Assembly (NCBI GenBank): GCA_016720545.1
Contig: JADKKK010000003.1
Span: 281,516 to 345,515, forward strand
From: Myxococcales bacterium
GTDB taxonomy: Bacteria > Myxococcota_A > Polyangia > Polyangiales > Polyangiaceae
Direction of reading: 5' to 3'
Length of the DNA: 64,000 bases
Part shown: positions 10,797 through 19,963 of the stretch, piece after piece
Numbering within the stretch: position 1 is the stretch's first letter
How the letters are laid out: the number at the start of each line of letters is the position of its first letter
Made by a program: the position numbers and the translations under genes
The notes under the pieces: generated by a model
What the model saw: the letters and a program-made list of their open reading frames with translations, nothing else
Told to the model about the DNA's origin: nothing
Database searches by the model: none

Positions 10797-12800
10797 GTGC
10801 GGTACACCCTCGGCATCGCGGCGGCCGCCGCCGTGGCGCTCGCCGCGACGGCGTGCACGAGCGAGCCCGCGCCGCCGCCGGCGAGCGAGCCCCCGTGCTC
10901 CGTGCGCCTCGGCGCGGAGCCCGGCGCCGACCTCCAGCTCGTGGGCGCGGGTGCGTGCGCGACGACTGTGCGGCTCACCCTCCGCGTGGCCACGGGCTCC
11001 CCGGACGCCCCGTCGTGGACGAGCGCGGAGGGTGCGGCGAGCCCGGTGCGCGTGCGCGGCGCGTGGACGCTCTCGGGGAACGCGGCCGTGCGCACCGTCG
11101 TGGTCGAGAATACGTCCAAGGCGTCGATCGGGGTGGTGGGGCTCGAGTGGTCGACGGGCGAAGGCGCAGGCCTCGGGCTCGGGGTCGATCGCCTGCTGCA
11201 CAGCGGCTACCAGAGCTGGTCCTACACGGGCGTGGAGGCCATCCCGGCGGCGCTCGCGCCGGCGCTCGGAACCGCGCCGCACGGGGGTGACAACGAGGCC
11301 GTGCTCGGTGAGCTCGCCGGCGTGTCGTGGTGGTGGGGCGCCGCCACGAACCCCCGAGGGGTGGGGGTGACCGTGGGCGCGGACGGCGGCACGGTGCTGA
11401 AGACCTACGTCGCGGTCGACGGCGAGGGCGCGCCTCGACTCCGCGTCGTGCAGGGGGCGACCGGCGACGTCCTGACCCTCGCGCCCGGCGAGACGCGCGC
11501 GCTCGACGGCCTCTACGTCGCGCTCGGCGATGCCCGCACGAACCTCGACGACTACACGCGGCACGTCGCCCGCCTCCATCCGCCCGCGACCCCGCGGCAG
11601 CCCGCCCTCGGCGGCTGGGGCTCGTGGAACATGCATTATGCAGGCATCACTGCGGCGACCCTCCGCGAGGAGGCCACATTCGCCGGCAGCACGCTCGCCC
11701 CGCTCGGGCTCCGTGATTTCCTGCTGGATGACGGCTACGAAGCGCGCTGGGGTGGGTGGTCGGCCTCGCCCGCGTTCGGCGCGGACCTCGCCACGCTGAA
11801 CGCCGAGCAAGCCGCGAAGGGCCTGCGCCCCGCGCTGTGGCTCGCGCCGTTCTATGTCGCCGTCGAGGCGCCCGAGGTCACCGCGCACCCCGCGTGGTTC
11901 GTGCACCACGCGGACGGGAAGCTGCGCACGTTCAACAACGTGGGTCCGAGCTACGCCACGCTCGACGTGACCCACCCTGAGGCGCGCGCCTTCGTGGTCG
12001 ACCAGGTGAAACAGCTCCGCGCGTGGGGCTATCGCACGCTCAAGCTCGATTTCCTCTTCGGCGGCGCCACCGAGGGCGTGCGCCAGAAGCCTGTCACGTC
12101 GCTGGAGGCCTACGCACTGTCGATGAAGGCCCTGCGGGAGGCCGCGCCCGACCTCCACCTCACGGGCTGCGGGGCCCCCATCCTGCCCTCGGTGGGCTGG
12201 GTCGACAGCATGCGCATCGGCCCCGACATCGCCTTCGTCACGAGCCCCGAGCCGACCTATCCCTTCCTCAGCGCGCAGGCGCGCCACGTCGCGTTGCGTG
12301 CCCACACCGACGCGTTCTGGGCGCTCGACCCCGACGTGGTGCTCCTCCGGGGCGGGCGCATCACCGACGCCGAGGCCTTCACCGTGGTCGTGTTTTCGGC
12401 GCTGTCGGGGGGCAACTACTTGCTCGGCGACGGGCGCCAGGCGAGCGCAGCGAGGCGCGCCATGGCGCTCGCTCCCGAGGTGCTCGCCCTCTCCCGGGAC
12501 GGCGTGGCGGCGCGCCCGCGCGACCTCATGACCCCTCCCGATCCGAAGCTCTTCCCGAGCCCGCTCTTCATGGGAAACACCGACACCGAGGTCCCCCACG
12601 TGTGGCGCAAGTCGACCCCTGACGGCATCCATGGGGCGCTCGGCGTCTTCGCCTGGGCCTCCGAGTCTTACGCGGCCGACCTCGAGCTGCCGGGCACCGC
12701 CGAAGAGCTCGTGCTCTCCCCGACGGGCACGCTCACGCGGGCGGCCGCGCCGAAGCGCGCGAGCGTTCCCCCGCACGGCGCGAGGCTCTTCGTATGGTGA
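10797..12800 (+). CDS. Glycoside hydrolase family 36-like alpha-galactosidase (melibiase), lipoprotein signal
   Basis: Signal peptide plus Cys (AATACTS). GH36-like core GGWGSWN...FLLDDGYE...LKLDFLFGG. Confidence 0.7.
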   Translation: MRYTLGIAAAAAVALAATACTSEPAPPPASEPPCSVRLGAEPGADLQLVGAGACATTVRLTLRVATGSPDAPSWTSAEGAASPVRVRGAWTLSGNAAVRTVVVENTSKASIGVVGLEWSTGEGAGLGLGVDRLLHSGYQSWSYTGVEAIPAALAPALGTAPHGGDNEAVLGELAGVSWWWGAATNPRGVGVTVGADGGTVLKTYVAVDGEGAPRLRVVQGATGDVLTLAPGETRALDGLYVALGDARTNLDDYTRHVARLHPPATPRQPALGGWGSWNMHYAGITAATLREEATFAGSTLAPLGLRDFLLDDGYEARWGGWSASPAFGADLATLNAEQAAKGLRPALWLAPFYVAVEAPEVTAHPAWFVHHADGKLRTFNNVGPSYATLDVTHPEARAFVVDQVKQLRAWGYRTLKLDFLFGGATEGVRQKPVTSLEAYALSMKALREAAPDLHLTGCGAPILPSVGWVDSMRIGPDIAFVTSPEPTYPFLSAQARHVALRAHTDAFWALDPDVVLLRGGRITDAEAFTVVVFSALSGGNYLLGDGRQASAARRAMALAPEVLALSRDGVAARPRDLMTPPDPKLFPSPLFMGNTDTEVPHVWRKSTPDGIHGALGVFAWASESYAADLELPGTAEELVLSPTGTLTRAAAPKRASVPPHGARLFVW

Positions 12801-14191
12801 GGCGCTCGCTCGCCCCGACGGCGCTCGCGTGGCTCGTGCTCGCCGCGTGCATCAAAGAGCCGTTCGATCCTCAGAAGCTCGGGCCCCCAGTCTTCGTGAA
12901 GGTGGCCCTCCTCACACCCGAGCCCGACGAGCAGCCCTGGGAGCGCGAGAGCGACCACGCGGTGCTCTGGCACGCGCCCGACGTCCCGCTCCCGCCTTCC
13001 GCGCTCGGCGCGGTGTCGCTGTCGCTCGACGACGGCGCGACCTGGGCGCCCGTGTCCATCGGACAGGTCGACCTCCGAAAGAGCCGCGCGCGGGTGCGCG
13101 TGCCGGCCACGGGCGGTACACACCTGCGCGTCCGCGTGCGCCTCGGGGACTACGCGGCCGACTCGGGCGCCATCCCCATCGCTCCGTCGCGAAAGAAGCG
13201 GTACTCGTTCACCCGAATAGGCGCCGATCTCCCGTTCGGCGCGCGAGACGGCATGGGCGGGCTCGTCTTCAATGGCCGCATGTACGGAATCGGGGGCTGG
13301 AACCCCATTCTGTACAAGTTCAACTCGGTCAACGACGTATGGAGCAGCGCCGACGGCGTCCGCTGGACGCTCGTCAAGCCGAACACGTTCCAGGATCCGG
13401 CGACGTTCGACCAAGCGACCGACTGGAGCGGTCGCCACTGGGGGGGATACGCCGTGCACGACGGGAAGATGTTCCTCGTCGGCGGCGACCCCGTCACCGT
13501 CCTCCAGCGCGACGTGTGGAGCTCCACCGACGGCGTCCGCTGGAAGAACGTGACTCAGGAGACCGCCTACCCTCTCCGCGTGCTCCACGTGACCTTCGCG
13601 TTCAACGACCGATTGTGGGTGGTCGGCGGCCAAACGCTGCACGGCACCGACAAGCCCGAGGTGTTCGGCGACGTGTGGAGCAGCCGGGACGGCGCGACCT
13701 GGGAGCGCTCCACCGCGCCTCAGCCACCGCGCTGGGGAGAGCGAGGCATGATCGGCGGCAACGCCGTCTTCCGTGGGCGAATGTGGCTCATCTCGGGCGG
13801 CATCTACGAACAAGAGGGCTATCGCCCGGAGCGCACCGAGTACGACGACGTCTGGTCGACCAGCGACGGCACGAGCTGGAAGCGGGAGCTCATCCACACG
13901 CCGTTTCGCCCGCGCTATTACCACAACGTCGAGGTCTTCGACGACCGGCTCTGGGTGCTCGGCGGCTATGGCTCCGGGTACGTGCTGGGCGAGGAGGGCA
14001 ACCTCTCCGACGTGCACTACACCTCCGACGGACGAAACTGGTATTCGCTGGACATCCCGCCAGGCTTCGTCGGGCGCCACGCGGCCACAGCCTGGGTGCA
14101 CGACGGCGCGATCTACTGGGGCTCGGGGAACGCGGTCGACGCCACGGGGAAGTGGATCGCCGATATGTGGAAGATCACACCTCCGCCGTAG
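12794..14191 (+). CDS. Secreted Kelch/galactose-oxidase-type beta-propeller repeat lipoprotein
   Basis: Signal plus LAAC lipobox. About five repeats of the DVWSS(A/T/R)DG(V/A)(R/T)W motif with GG...W blades. ATGGTGA overlap with the GH36 stop suggests co-transcription. Confidence 0.65.
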   Translation: MVRRSLAPTALAWLVLAACIKEPFDPQKLGPPVFVKVALLTPEPDEQPWERESDHAVLWHAPDVPLPPSALGAVSLSLDDGATWAPVSIGQVDLRKSRARVRVPATGGTHLRVRVRLGDYAADSGAIPIAPSRKKRYSFTRIGADLPFGARDGMGGLVFNGRMYGIGGWNPILYKFNSVNDVWSSADGVRWTLVKPNTFQDPATFDQATDWSGRHWGGYAVHDGKMFLVGGDPVTVLQRDVWSSTDGVRWKNVTQETAYPLRVLHVTFAFNDRLWVVGGQTLHGTDKPEVFGDVWSSRDGATWERSTAPQPPRWGERGMIGGNAVFRGRMWLISGGIYEQEGYRPERTEYDDVWSTSDGTSWKRELIHTPFRPRYYHNVEVFDDRLWVLGGYGSGYVLGEEGNLSDVHYTSDGRNWYSLDIPPGFVGRHAATAWVHDGAIYWGSGNAVDATGKWIADMWKITPPP

Positions 14192-14210
14192 CGCGCGGCT
14201 CTCTGGAGCG

Positions 14211-16304
14211 CTATTGCGGGCAGGGCGAGCCGAGCGCCGCCGGCGCCGGCACCACGGCGATCCCGGTCTTCTGAAATGTGGAGTGGAAGCAGGCGTACTG
14301 ATACCGCACCGCCTCGAGGCGCCGGTAGATGCCGTGCCCGTCGAACGTGCCCTGCGCGTTCCTGTTGTCGTACTGCGCGACGATCCCCGTGAACGGCTTA
14401 CCCTCCGCGCTCGTGAGGTTCTGCTTCACGGGATACGAAACGGGCTGGTCGAGCCCCACGAGCGCCTGCCCGGCGCGCATGCTCGGCCAGATCTCGTCAC
14501 CCGCGCGCGGGTGCCCATAGCCGAGCGTCATCGCGTCGAAGATGTCGGCGTTGAAGTAGCTGTCCTCCCTGCCGACGGGCTGGTAGACCGCGCGGGTCGG
14601 GTGTCCGGGCAGGGGCCGCCGGCCGAGGCGCGGCGTCGAGACGAGGGGGTCCATCACCTCGAGCGCGGTCTCGATGAGGTGCAGCGCGGGGTGCATGAAC
14701 GTGACCTGCTCGCGCGTGCCAATGAGCAGGCGAATCAAGTTGTATGCGTTCGGGATGACCGTGAGCCTGAGCACGAAATAGGTCCAGAAGCCGCCCGCCC
14801 CCGTGGGCACGACCGCCTGGATGCGTGGCTCGATCGCCGACACCAAGTTGGCGTACATGCCGCCCATGCTCTGCCCCTGAACGCTGAGGCGCGACAGGTC
14901 GAGCTTGTACGCGGTGGCCCCGGCGGGGAGGCTCGCGCCCGCGCAGCCGTCGAGCACCGACTTGGGGATCTCGGTCTTGGCGAGCGCGTCGATGAGCATG
15001 CGCGACTCGAGCATGCCCTGACGGAACGTGTCGCGCACAGCGGGTAGGTTGTTCAGGTTCACGTAGTCGAACGCCTTCGCGCCAGGCACCCGATCGGGGC
15101 TGATGGGCAGCGAGCTGCCGGCCACGGCGAAGCCGAGCGCCGCGAGCGTGGCCGCCGGCCGTTCGTCGGGCGGATCGCCCTTCACGATGCCGTCGACGAG
15201 CTCCCGCGCGACGCCGCCGGAGCCATGGAAGTACACCACGAGCGGATAGCCCGCCGGGGGCATGGCCGTCTTGGGGATGGAGAACGAAACGGAGATCGAC
15301 TCGTCGCGCTGCTTCTTCGGGACCCCGTCGCTCCCGAGCTCGAACAGGCCCTCGCTGTCGAACGGCGCCTTCCCGCGCTGAAACTGGGGCAAATCGATCT
15401 TCGCGGTGACGTGGCAGAAGGGTGCATTCTGCAAGGAAGGCAGCACCTCGTGGGTGAACGAAGCGGTCGCCACCGGGAAACGCTCGGACACGCGCTTCGC
15501 GAGCTCGGCCGTGTCGGCCACCACGTCGCCCGTGGTGAACACCGTCGCGGCGGCCACGTCGGTGCGCGCGACGCCGAGCGTGTCGAGGGTCGAGAGCAGC
15601 GGCGCGTAGAGGCCGCGCAGCGCCTCGCCCCGCGCGCCGGCGGGCGCCTCGCCCCGCAAGATCGGTTCGAACGCCTTCGCCGGGCTCACCTTCCGGCCCG
15701 CCGCGTCGGTGAGCGATCGCCGCACGACGAACGCGTACTTCGTGCCCGGCGCGAGCACCACGCCAGGGCGCGGCGCGAGCGTGAGCAGGTGCTCGGGCAC
15801 GTACGCGTCGGGAGTGGGCGCTCCGGCGACGAGCGGGTAGAGCTTGCCGCGGTCGCGGCTCTTCTCGTCGACGTCCACGAGGAGCACGGGGGAGTCCTTC
15901 GTCGCGGCGATCGCGTCGGTCTCCTTGCGCTCACCGAGCGGGGCCTCGAAGCGGAAGTAGGCGACGGGCAAGACGGGGAACCCTCGCCGCGCCTCAACGA
16001 GCTTCTTGAACTCGTCGATGATGCCGAGGGCCGGGTTCGGGAAGCTCTTCAAGTCGGGCGCGCCGGCGGCGGTGAGGCGCAGGTCGGAGGGATACGGCAG
16101 GTCCCAGAACGCGCCCTCGGCGGCGAGGTCTACGTCGGGGGAGAACACGGCCCGGGCGCCGTCGGCGACCTCCGCTGGAGGCGGCGCGGGGGTCGACGAG
16201 CAGGCCGTCGCGAACGGGAGCACGCCGGCGAGCGAGACGCACGCGAGCGCGGAGAGCGCGGAGAGCGCGGGAGCGAACGAGACCATCCGGCGTGGGAGGC
16301 GCAT
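14211..16304 (-). CDS. Secreted alpha/beta hydrolase (lipase/esterase-like) lipoprotein
   Basis: Signal plus lipobox (FATACSS). YFHGSGG and GQSMGG nucleophile elbow. Confidence 0.65.
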   Translation of the reverse strand: MRLPRRMVSFAPALSALSALACVSLAGVLPFATACSSTPAPPPAEVADGARAVFSPDVDLAAEGAFWDLPYPSDLRLTAAGAPDLKSFPNPALGIIDEFKKLVEARRGFPVLPVAYFRFEAPLGERKETDAIAATKDSPVLLVDVDEKSRDRGKLYPLVAGAPTPDAYVPEHLLTLAPRPGVVLAPGTKYAFVVRRSLTDAAGRKVSPAKAFEPILRGEAPAGARGEALRGLYAPLLSTLDTLGVARTDVAAATVFTTGDVVADTAELAKRVSERFPVATASFTHEVLPSLQNAPFCHVTAKIDLPQFQRGKAPFDSEGLFELGSDGVPKKQRDESISVSFSIPKTAMPPAGYPLVVYFHGSGGVARELVDGIVKGDPPDERPAATLAALGFAVAGSSLPISPDRVPGAKAFDYVNLNNLPAVRDTFRQGMLESRMLIDALAKTEIPKSVLDGCAGASLPAGATAYKLDLSRLSVQGQSMGGMYANLVSAIEPRIQAVVPTGAGGFWTYFVLRLTVIPNAYNLIRLLIGTREQVTFMHPALHLIETALEVMDPLVSTPRLGRRPLPGHPTRAVYQPVGREDSYFNADIFDAMTLGYGHPRAGDEIWPSMRAGQALVGLDQPVSYPVKQNLTSAEGKPFTGIVAQYDNRNAQGTFDGHGIYRRLEAVRYQYACFHSTFQKTGIAVVPAPAALGSPCPQ

Positions 16305-16563
16305 GAGAACAGGCTAAGCCAGCCCCGGAAATTGGCGAAACGAATCAGGATTGAGACGCGCTTGGGGCGCCCGCACGAGCGTGAGCGCCTCGCGACCTCC
16401 CTCGAACATGAGTATCCTCCCACCGCCGCCGAAAACGGGGCACCCCCTCGCTCCCTTGTGGCGAAAGGCCGAACCCGCGCGACTTCTGGAAGGGATCACG
16501 CTTCCAGGGGACTAGCAGCCCGTGGGGCGGAGGACGGAGTCCTCCGATGACGAAGCAATAAGT

Positions 16564-16693
16564 CACCGGGCTTGATCGAAGATCATGCTCGGTGATGAGC
16601 ACTGCTGCGAGACTTCATTCTCGCGGTGGTGGTCGTTGGCCGCGGGAGCGGACAAGACGGAGGGGTGAATCGGCCAGCTTTGTGGCCGAGAGG
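16564..16693. repeat. Copy A of a conserved ~90-nt non-coding element, circularly permuted (segment Y 16564-16596, 40-nt spacer, segment X 16637-16693)
   Basis: Near-identical to 61900-61989 (X then Y, 2 mismatches). Y contains the perfect palindrome TGATCGAAGATCA. X contains the hairpin CGGCCA-GCTTTG-TGGCCG. Confidence 0.8.
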
Positions 16694-16779
16694 GCGCCGC
16701 GCCCCCTACGAGACAGGGCTAGCACGGCTGCCGTTCGCGCAGCGAACTGCGTAGCGAGAGGGAACCTCTCGCAGTAGTG

Positions 16780-17601
16780 TTAGAAGCTGTATCCGACGCG
16801 GAACAGCGTGAGCGTCGGGATGACGAACATGCCGAACGTCTTCGCGGCCTTCCTCGCGTTGGAGTCTTCGGTGCCGTCGGACGCGAACGAAGTGGTCGCC
16901 CCCAACGGGAGCGTCGCGCCCAGATCGCCGCCGAGCGTGAGCCCGCTCTTCAGCGTGACGAGCAGCCCGATTTTTGGTGCAAAATACATACTCTCGGTGA
17001 GGTAGTCGACCTCGCTCCCGAACTTCGACGAGTCGGCGCGCGAGTACTGGTAGCCCACGCCGAGCGCGCCGTAGAGGCTGCGGGAGAACCATCCGTCCGA
17101 GTCGGCGAAGGGGAAATACCGCCCCTGGACGCCCACCTGGAGGAGCGACAGCGTGGTGTCTTCGCCGAACTTCGCGATGCCTGGCGGCAGGTACTCGAAG
17201 ACGAGCCCGACCCCTAGCCGCTGACCGAGCAGCGCGTGCGCCTCGAACGAGATGAGGCGCGGCACCGAGAGCACGCCGAGGGTGGCGACCCAGCGCGTGC
17301 GGGGCGTGGGGACGGGCATCGGGACCCGCTCCGCGGAGGCGGGCGGCTTCGGGGCGGACGGAGCGACCGCCGCCGAGGGCTCCGGGCTCGAGGCGGGCGC
17401 GTCCGCCTGGCCAGGAGCGGCCACCGGCGGAGCGGTGGGGGCGGCGACCGGGGCGGCGACCGGAGCCGGCGGCTCGGGCTCCGTGCCGGCACGGGCGGAG
17501 GCGGACGCAGCGAGCGCGAGGGCGAACGCGAACGCGAACGCGGCGGCGGACGAGAAAGCGCGGACAGCGGGCAGCGGCCATCGGGGGCGGCGCGGGACCA
17601 T
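16780..17601 (-). CDS. Outer-membrane beta-barrel protein (OmpA-like/OmpW-like small barrel), Pro/Ala-rich N-terminal linker
   Basis: Signal peptide AFAFAFALALAASASA. Alternating hydrophobic beta-strand pattern. C-terminal ...FRVGYSF ends in Phe, as OM beta-barrels typically do. Confidence 0.6.
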   Translation of the reverse strand: MVPRRPRWPLPAVRAFSSAAAFAFAFALALAASASARAGTEPEPPAPVAAPVAAPTAPPVAAPGQADAPASSPEPSAAVAPSAPKPPASAERVPMPVPTPRTRWVATLGVLSVPRLISFEAHALLGQRLGVGLVFEYLPPGIAKFGEDTTLSLLQVGVQGRYFPFADSDGWFSRSLYGALGVGYQYSRADSSKFGSEVDYLTESMYFAPKIGLLVTLKSGLTLGGDLGATLPLGATTSFASDGTEDSNARKAAKTFGMFVIPTLTLFRVGYSF

Positions 17602-17707
17602 CCCGCATTGGTACTCGACCTTGGCCGGTTTGTCGTGAGCGGTCGCTCGCGTGGGGCGCGACCCGCCGCGGAGGCTCGGCTATGGTGGAGGGGAGGTTTC
17701 AAGTTCC

Positions 17708-18640
17708 ATGGCGTCTAGTGCTCTCTCCCCCGAGGCGGTCGTGCGATCGCCCGCTCCGCCGGCCTCGCGGCGGTCTCACCTCTCCCTGCGCGCGCTCGGC
17801 GTCGTCGGCGCGCTGGCCGCGATCACGCTGACCGGCTGCGACTTCGGCACGCTCGACTCGCTCTCCACCGACGTCGCGGGAGAGGGCGGGTCGGAGCTCA
17901 GCCTGCTCTCCCGCGGCCTCCTGTCGAAGTACCAAGCCGGGAGCGACGCCGAGTACAAGACGCTGGTGCGCGACATCGAGGGCGTCATGCAGCGGGCCAT
18001 CGACGGCAACGGCGGCGACTCGAACCTGAAGCTCGAGCCGCTGAAGCCCGCCGACATCGCCGACCTCGGTCTACCCCCGCGGGACGTGACCGCCGCGCAG
18101 GGCATGATCATCCTCACCGAGTTGCCGTGCACGCTCTCGCAGGTGGAGAAGCTCACGGCCGCGAAGAACCAACCCGAGCTGTTCCCCAAGACCTACGACA
18201 ACTACCTTCGCACCTACACGTCGAGCTCCGAGGACTACTTCGCCCGAAAGGTGAAGACCCTCACCTGGACCACCGATCTGACCGCGACCGTGCTGTCGCG
18301 GCAGTACCAGAGCGATCTGCGCGGCAGCGTGCGCTTCGTGCCGGGCGCGGGCCCCACCGGGGGCGACTTGGTGCTCTCGCGCACCGTGCTCGTGAAGCCC
18401 GCTACGTTCCTCAAGGGGAGCGACGCGCAGTTCAACCAAGACTACCAAATCGAGGCGTTCTACGAGCGCGCGGCCGGCAGGACGGTCCACGTGTACGCCC
18501 TCTGGCGACAGTTCCTCGTGGGCAGCATTTCCTCGGCCGACGATCTCTACATCTCGATCATCCTCGGCAACCTGAAGGACTTCGACGTGCGCGTGGGCAA
18601 AATCTGCCGGGAGGGCACTCCCCTCCCTGATGTGCGCTGA
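17708..18640 (+). CDS. Hypothetical lipoprotein
   Basis: ALGVVGALAAITLTGC lipobox. No recognisable catalytic motifs. Confidence 0.5.
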   Translation: MASSALSPEAVVRSPAPPASRRSHLSLRALGVVGALAAITLTGCDFGTLDSLSTDVAGEGGSELSLLSRGLLSKYQAGSDAEYKTLVRDIEGVMQRAIDGNGGDSNLKLEPLKPADIADLGLPPRDVTAAQGMIILTELPCTLSQVEKLTAAKNQPELFPKTYDNYLRTYTSSSEDYFARKVKTLTWTTDLTATVLSRQYQSDLRGSVRFVPGAGPTGGDLVLSRTVLVKPATFLKGSDAQFNQDYQIEAFYERAAGRTVHVYALWRQFLVGSISSADDLYISIILGNLKDFDVRVGKICREGTPLPDVR

Positions 18641-18667
18641 CGCGGGCGCGGCGCTCTCAGGAGACTC

Positions 18668-19963
18668 TCAGAAGAACTGATACACGCCGATGCTCGGCGA
18701 CACCTTGAATGGGCTCTCCACCGGCACGGCCACGTCGAGTCGCATGCCCGTGCCGACGAATTTGGGTATCAGGAACCGCACGCCGAGGCCGCCGGAGAGC
18801 GCGCCGCGACGGGCGCCCTCCTCGGTGCGCCACACCATGCCGTCGACGAAGGCCGTGGGCATCAGGGCCAACCAGGTCGAGTCGAAGGCCACCACGCGGA
18901 GCTCGACGTTGGCGAGGGCGAGCGCGCGCGCGGCCGCGTGGTTGTCGGGGAAGCCGCGCACGAGGTCGAGGCCCCCCGCGTACACGAGCAGGTGACGCGG
19001 CACCGCGGAGACGCCCGCCGCCCGTAGCCGCACCGCGACGTTGGCGCGCGAGCCGACGAGCCCGAAGAGCAGCGCCTCGAGCTGCGCTTGCGCGAACTGC
19101 GAGCCTGGACCGCCCACGGGCAGCCCGAGCCCGGGCTTGAGCTCGAGGCTCGCGCCGGTCTGGCGGAGCCGCACGGTGTCGACGCGGCCCACGCGGAACG
19201 AGGGCTCGAAGAGGGCCGTCTCGGTGGGAGCGGGGAAGTCGGCCGGCGGCTCGAGCGGCTCGAGGAAGCGGTCCGCGAACACGCTCGTGCGGAGCCCCAC
19301 GCGCACGCGATCGCTCAGGAAGAGCCGCGACAGCTCGACCGCCCCGAGGGTGCGCTGGTCGGAGAACCGCGGGCGCGGACGCACGAGGCGCTCGAGCTGC
19401 ACGGTGAGCTCCATGCGCCGGTGAAAGAGCCGCGGATCGCGGAGGATGACCTGGCCACCGTGGAAGCCGTCGAAGAACTGGTACTGCGCCTGCACCTCGA
19501 GGAAGCGCCCCGCCAAGTTGTTGTCCGTCGCTCCAATACGAAAGAAGAAGGCGCTGCCGCCGGAGCCGTAGCCGAGCAGCGGGTTGAGCGTCCAGCGGTC
19601 CTCGAGGTCGAGCGCGAGCACCGTTCGACCGGCGCGACGCTCCACGCGCCCTCGCACCTTGGAGAAGATGGTCGTGTTCCACAGGCGCTTGATGGCGAGA
19701 TCGAGCGCCGGGCGCGCGACCACCTGCCCGGCCTCGAAGCCGAGCTCGCGGAGCACCACGAACTCCTGCGTGCGGATGAGGCCGCGCACCTCGATGGCGT
19801 CGAGTCGCGCGGGCAGGAGGACGTCGGGCGAGACCTCGATCTCGTTGTTCGGCTCGCTCGTCGTGGGCTCCGGTTCGGCTCGCGCGGGTGCGGGCGCCGC
19901 CAGCGCCGCCCCTACGAGGAGCGCGAACGTGAGGGCCGAGGCCAGACCACGCGAACGCCTCAT
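18668..19963 (-). CDS. Omp85-family outer-membrane protein (single POTRA plus beta-barrel; TpsB/TamA/BamA-like)
   Basis: Signal peptide [34 protein letters not shown]-like IEVRGLIRTQEFVVLRELGFEAGQVV...DLAIKRLWNTTIFSKV. Barrel ending ...VSPSIGVYQFF. The ATG (19961-19963) overlaps the TGA of the upstream M20 peptidase (ATGA). Confidence 0.7.
   Translation of the reverse strand: MRRSRGLASALTFALLVGAALAAPAPARAEPEPTTSEPNNEIEVSPDVLLPARLDAIEVRGLIRTQEFVVLRELGFEAGQVVARPALDLAIKRLWNTTIFSKVRGRVERRAGRTVLALDLEDRWTLNPLLGYGSGGSAFFFRIGATDNNLAGRFLEVQAQYQFFDGFHGGQVILRDPRLFHRRMELTVQLERLVRPRPRFSDQRTLGAVELSRLFLSDRVRVGLRTSVFADRFLEPLEPPADFPAPTETALFEPSFRVGRVDTVRLRQTGASLELKPGLGLPVGGPGSQFAQAQLEALLFGLVGSRANVAVRLRAAGVSAVPRHLLVYAGGLDLVRGFPDNHAAARALALANVELRVVAFDSTWLALMPTAFVDGMVWRTEEGARRGALSGGLGVRFLIPKFVGTGMRLDVAVPVESPFKVSPSIGVYQFF

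Noticed and set aside
9153-12776. 1207-aa - strand ORF
   Set aside because: Antisense to the Ser/Thr kinase and the GH36 gene. Extreme Arg/Gly/Ala content and no domain signatures.
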